This document shows positions 62,301 through 64,000 of a stretch of DNA of 64,000 bases, one piece after another (the first letter of the stretch is position 1; each line of letters opens with the position of its first letter). The translations under genes and the position numbers were made by a program. This stretch comes from Trichoplax adhaerens. Lineage: Eukaryota > Animalia > Placozoa. The notes beneath the pieces were generated by a model. It had not been told where the DNA came from and searched no databases. It saw nothing but the letters and a program-made list of their open reading frames with translations. The DNA lies in the NCBI RefSeq assembly GCF_000150275.1, contig NW_002060953.1:2097429-2161428 (forward strand). Reading direction: 5' to 3'.

Positions 62301-63934
62301 ATATAATTAATCGTGAATCAGCTACTATTGGTCTTATGTAGTCAAACACTAGCTGGATATCGTTAATCGTGAATCTCAAACTATTGCTGTTGTCTTATAT
62401 AATCAAGCATTAGTAGAATATCATTCATTACGCATCTCCTAACTATTTCTTTTGTCTGACATTTCCAAGCATCAACAGGATATCATTAATCGCGAATCTT
62501 CCAGCCATTGCTGTTGTCTTACTAGTCTAGAGGAATAAGCATATCGTCATATTAAGCAGCTACTTGTCTATTATGTATTAGGTTTCAATCTCTTTAGATG
62601 AAATACCCCTTGTAGCAAATTTATTGCAAACTGTGATTGTAAACATGCGAAATAGGAGTATCATAATCATACATAGTTCTAAGCAGTCTCTTGCGCTGTT
62701 TCTTAGCTCTTATGAGTTTTTCCCAAGGTAATATGGTTGTGATCGGCAAAGCTTTGAGCTACTAGTTTACTTTAAATGGATTGATATTAATGCTTCTCAT
62801 CTTCGAGTAATTGTACCTAAGATAAAATCGCTGTTCCCTTCAATAATGGGAATTATGAGTGGCCTACTAAGTTACAAGGTATTCTTACTCTATCAATATC
62901 TCTTGGTACGCGTTAGAGGAATCTTATGATAAAATAGAATCATTGCGTGGTTCGTAGTCATTCAATACGGGAAGATTGCGTTGAATTATTATCTGGCCAC
63001 AGCTACTCACTTTCTATATCTATCAGCTATTTCATTTACTTATATCTCTTCATTTACGCATTATATTATGATGCTTCTAGTCAAATACACTAATCCGTAA
63101 AAACATAGTATAATATTTTACTTATGTTGTCGAAATTATAAAAGAAGTAAAAATAGTTAAAGTAACCTATTTCCTATATAATAACGGTCTTTATGCCGGA
63201 AGGTAAATTTGAGCAGAGAGTCAATTTAAATTCTACTTATAACAATATAAATTATTCCTTAGTTTTATCAAAATTAAAAGTGTTTTTGTTACAGCTATAT
63301 ATGATCTAATCCAGTATGATGGTTTCGTTATAATATTTTATTTGATTTTACTAGTATAATTTCAACTCAACAGACATAGCATAATTTTAACTGTGGCATT
63401 TTTTAAATTATTTATTTATTGTAGCGGCATTAACTTTGCTGATATGATGGCCCGTCAGGGAATCTATCGCATCAATCCTAAACCACCTTGCGTTCTGGGT
63501 TATGAAGTATCAGGAATAGTAGAGTCGCATGGTATTGGAGTAACACAGCCCGCTGTAAGTTTTAAAATTGTATTAAAAGTCAGCTCAGAGGGTCTAAATG
63601 GTTTTATTCAGCCATTATACTCGTCATAAAACTGTTGTTGTGCCGTGCATGGTTAAGAAATCAACGTTTCGTCAATCTGCTAAAACTCGTGCGACTCTTC
63701 TATCCTGTGCTTCAGATTGGTACTAGGGTCATTGGATTTTGCAATAATTTTGGTGGTTGGAGTGAATATGCCCTCGTTCCAGCTGATCTTGTATTTGCAA
63801 TGCCAGAGAACATGAGTTACGAAGAAGGTGCGGCTTTATTGGTAAACTACCTCACAGCTTACTTGCTGCTATTTACGTTTGGCCACCTACAGGAAGGAAA
63901 TACAGTACTATGCCACATGGCTGCAGGAGGAGTA
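59310..63934 (+). CDS. VAT1: VAT-1-like MDR-family quinone oxidoreductase, continues beyond window
   Basis: Exons 59310-59449 (RRLVLMGYGSLERL..EPRQGEIRIKV), 63425-63554 (GINFADMMARQGIY..PPCVLGYEVSGIV) and 63716-63934 (MSYEEGAALLVNYLTAY..VLCHMAAGGV), with compatible intron phases. Confidence 0.93.
61983..62525. repeat. ~61-bp minisatellite, ~9 diverged copies, in VAT1 intron 1
   Basis: CAT(C/T)AGCTGGATATCAT(G/T)AAT...TTACTGTTGTC..ATAGTCAA(A/G) units at 61983, 62044, 62105, 62167, 62229, ~62290, 62347, 62408 and 62470. Confidence 0.9.
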
Positions 63935-64000
63935 GTATGTGCATTTATGCGAATTATTCCGTTCTGATCCTAATAATAAGTTGATAAACTCGATTCTAAT

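Noticed and set aside
61983-62525. CRISPR-like regular spacing
   Set aside because: The whole 61-bp unit is homologous between copies with no unique spacers, there are no cas genes, and it lies in a eukaryotic intron. It is a minisatellite.

Overview
AT-rich (roughly two-thirds A+T by eye) eukaryotic animal DNA with short GT-AG introns. The gene style and the giant 42-aa TPR gene suggest a placozoan (Trichoplax-like) genome; this is inference. Conserved intron-containing genes flank the window. On the left are the 3' part of INTS6 and a small TM2-like membrane-protein ORF. On the right are two tandem theta-class GSTs and the 5' part of a VAT1-like oxidoreductase. Between them lies a ~43-kb, heavily duplicated island of large intronless genes: (i) a tandemly duplicated gene-dense orphan cassette (~825-aa Cys/Tyr-rich protein, a divergent ~72-aa ORF and a third ORF relic); (ii) a 1613-aa TPR-array gene with a recent ~0.5-kb internal copy pasted just past its stop; (iii) the most interesting feature, a ~1800-codon gene (read here as four ORFs separated by three single-base indels) with an N-terminal PD-(D/E)xK/Cap4-Mrr-like nuclease motif set, a NACHT/STAND ATPase and an unfamiliar C-terminal repeat domain. 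This Avs/NLR-like architecture sits next to an intact paralog that keeps only the first ~35 aa and the C-terminal domain. The island also holds LRR exon relics and a ~178-bp degenerate repeat that carries splice signals. No rRNA, tRNA or CRISPR was recognised. All homology calls are from motif recognition, not database searches.
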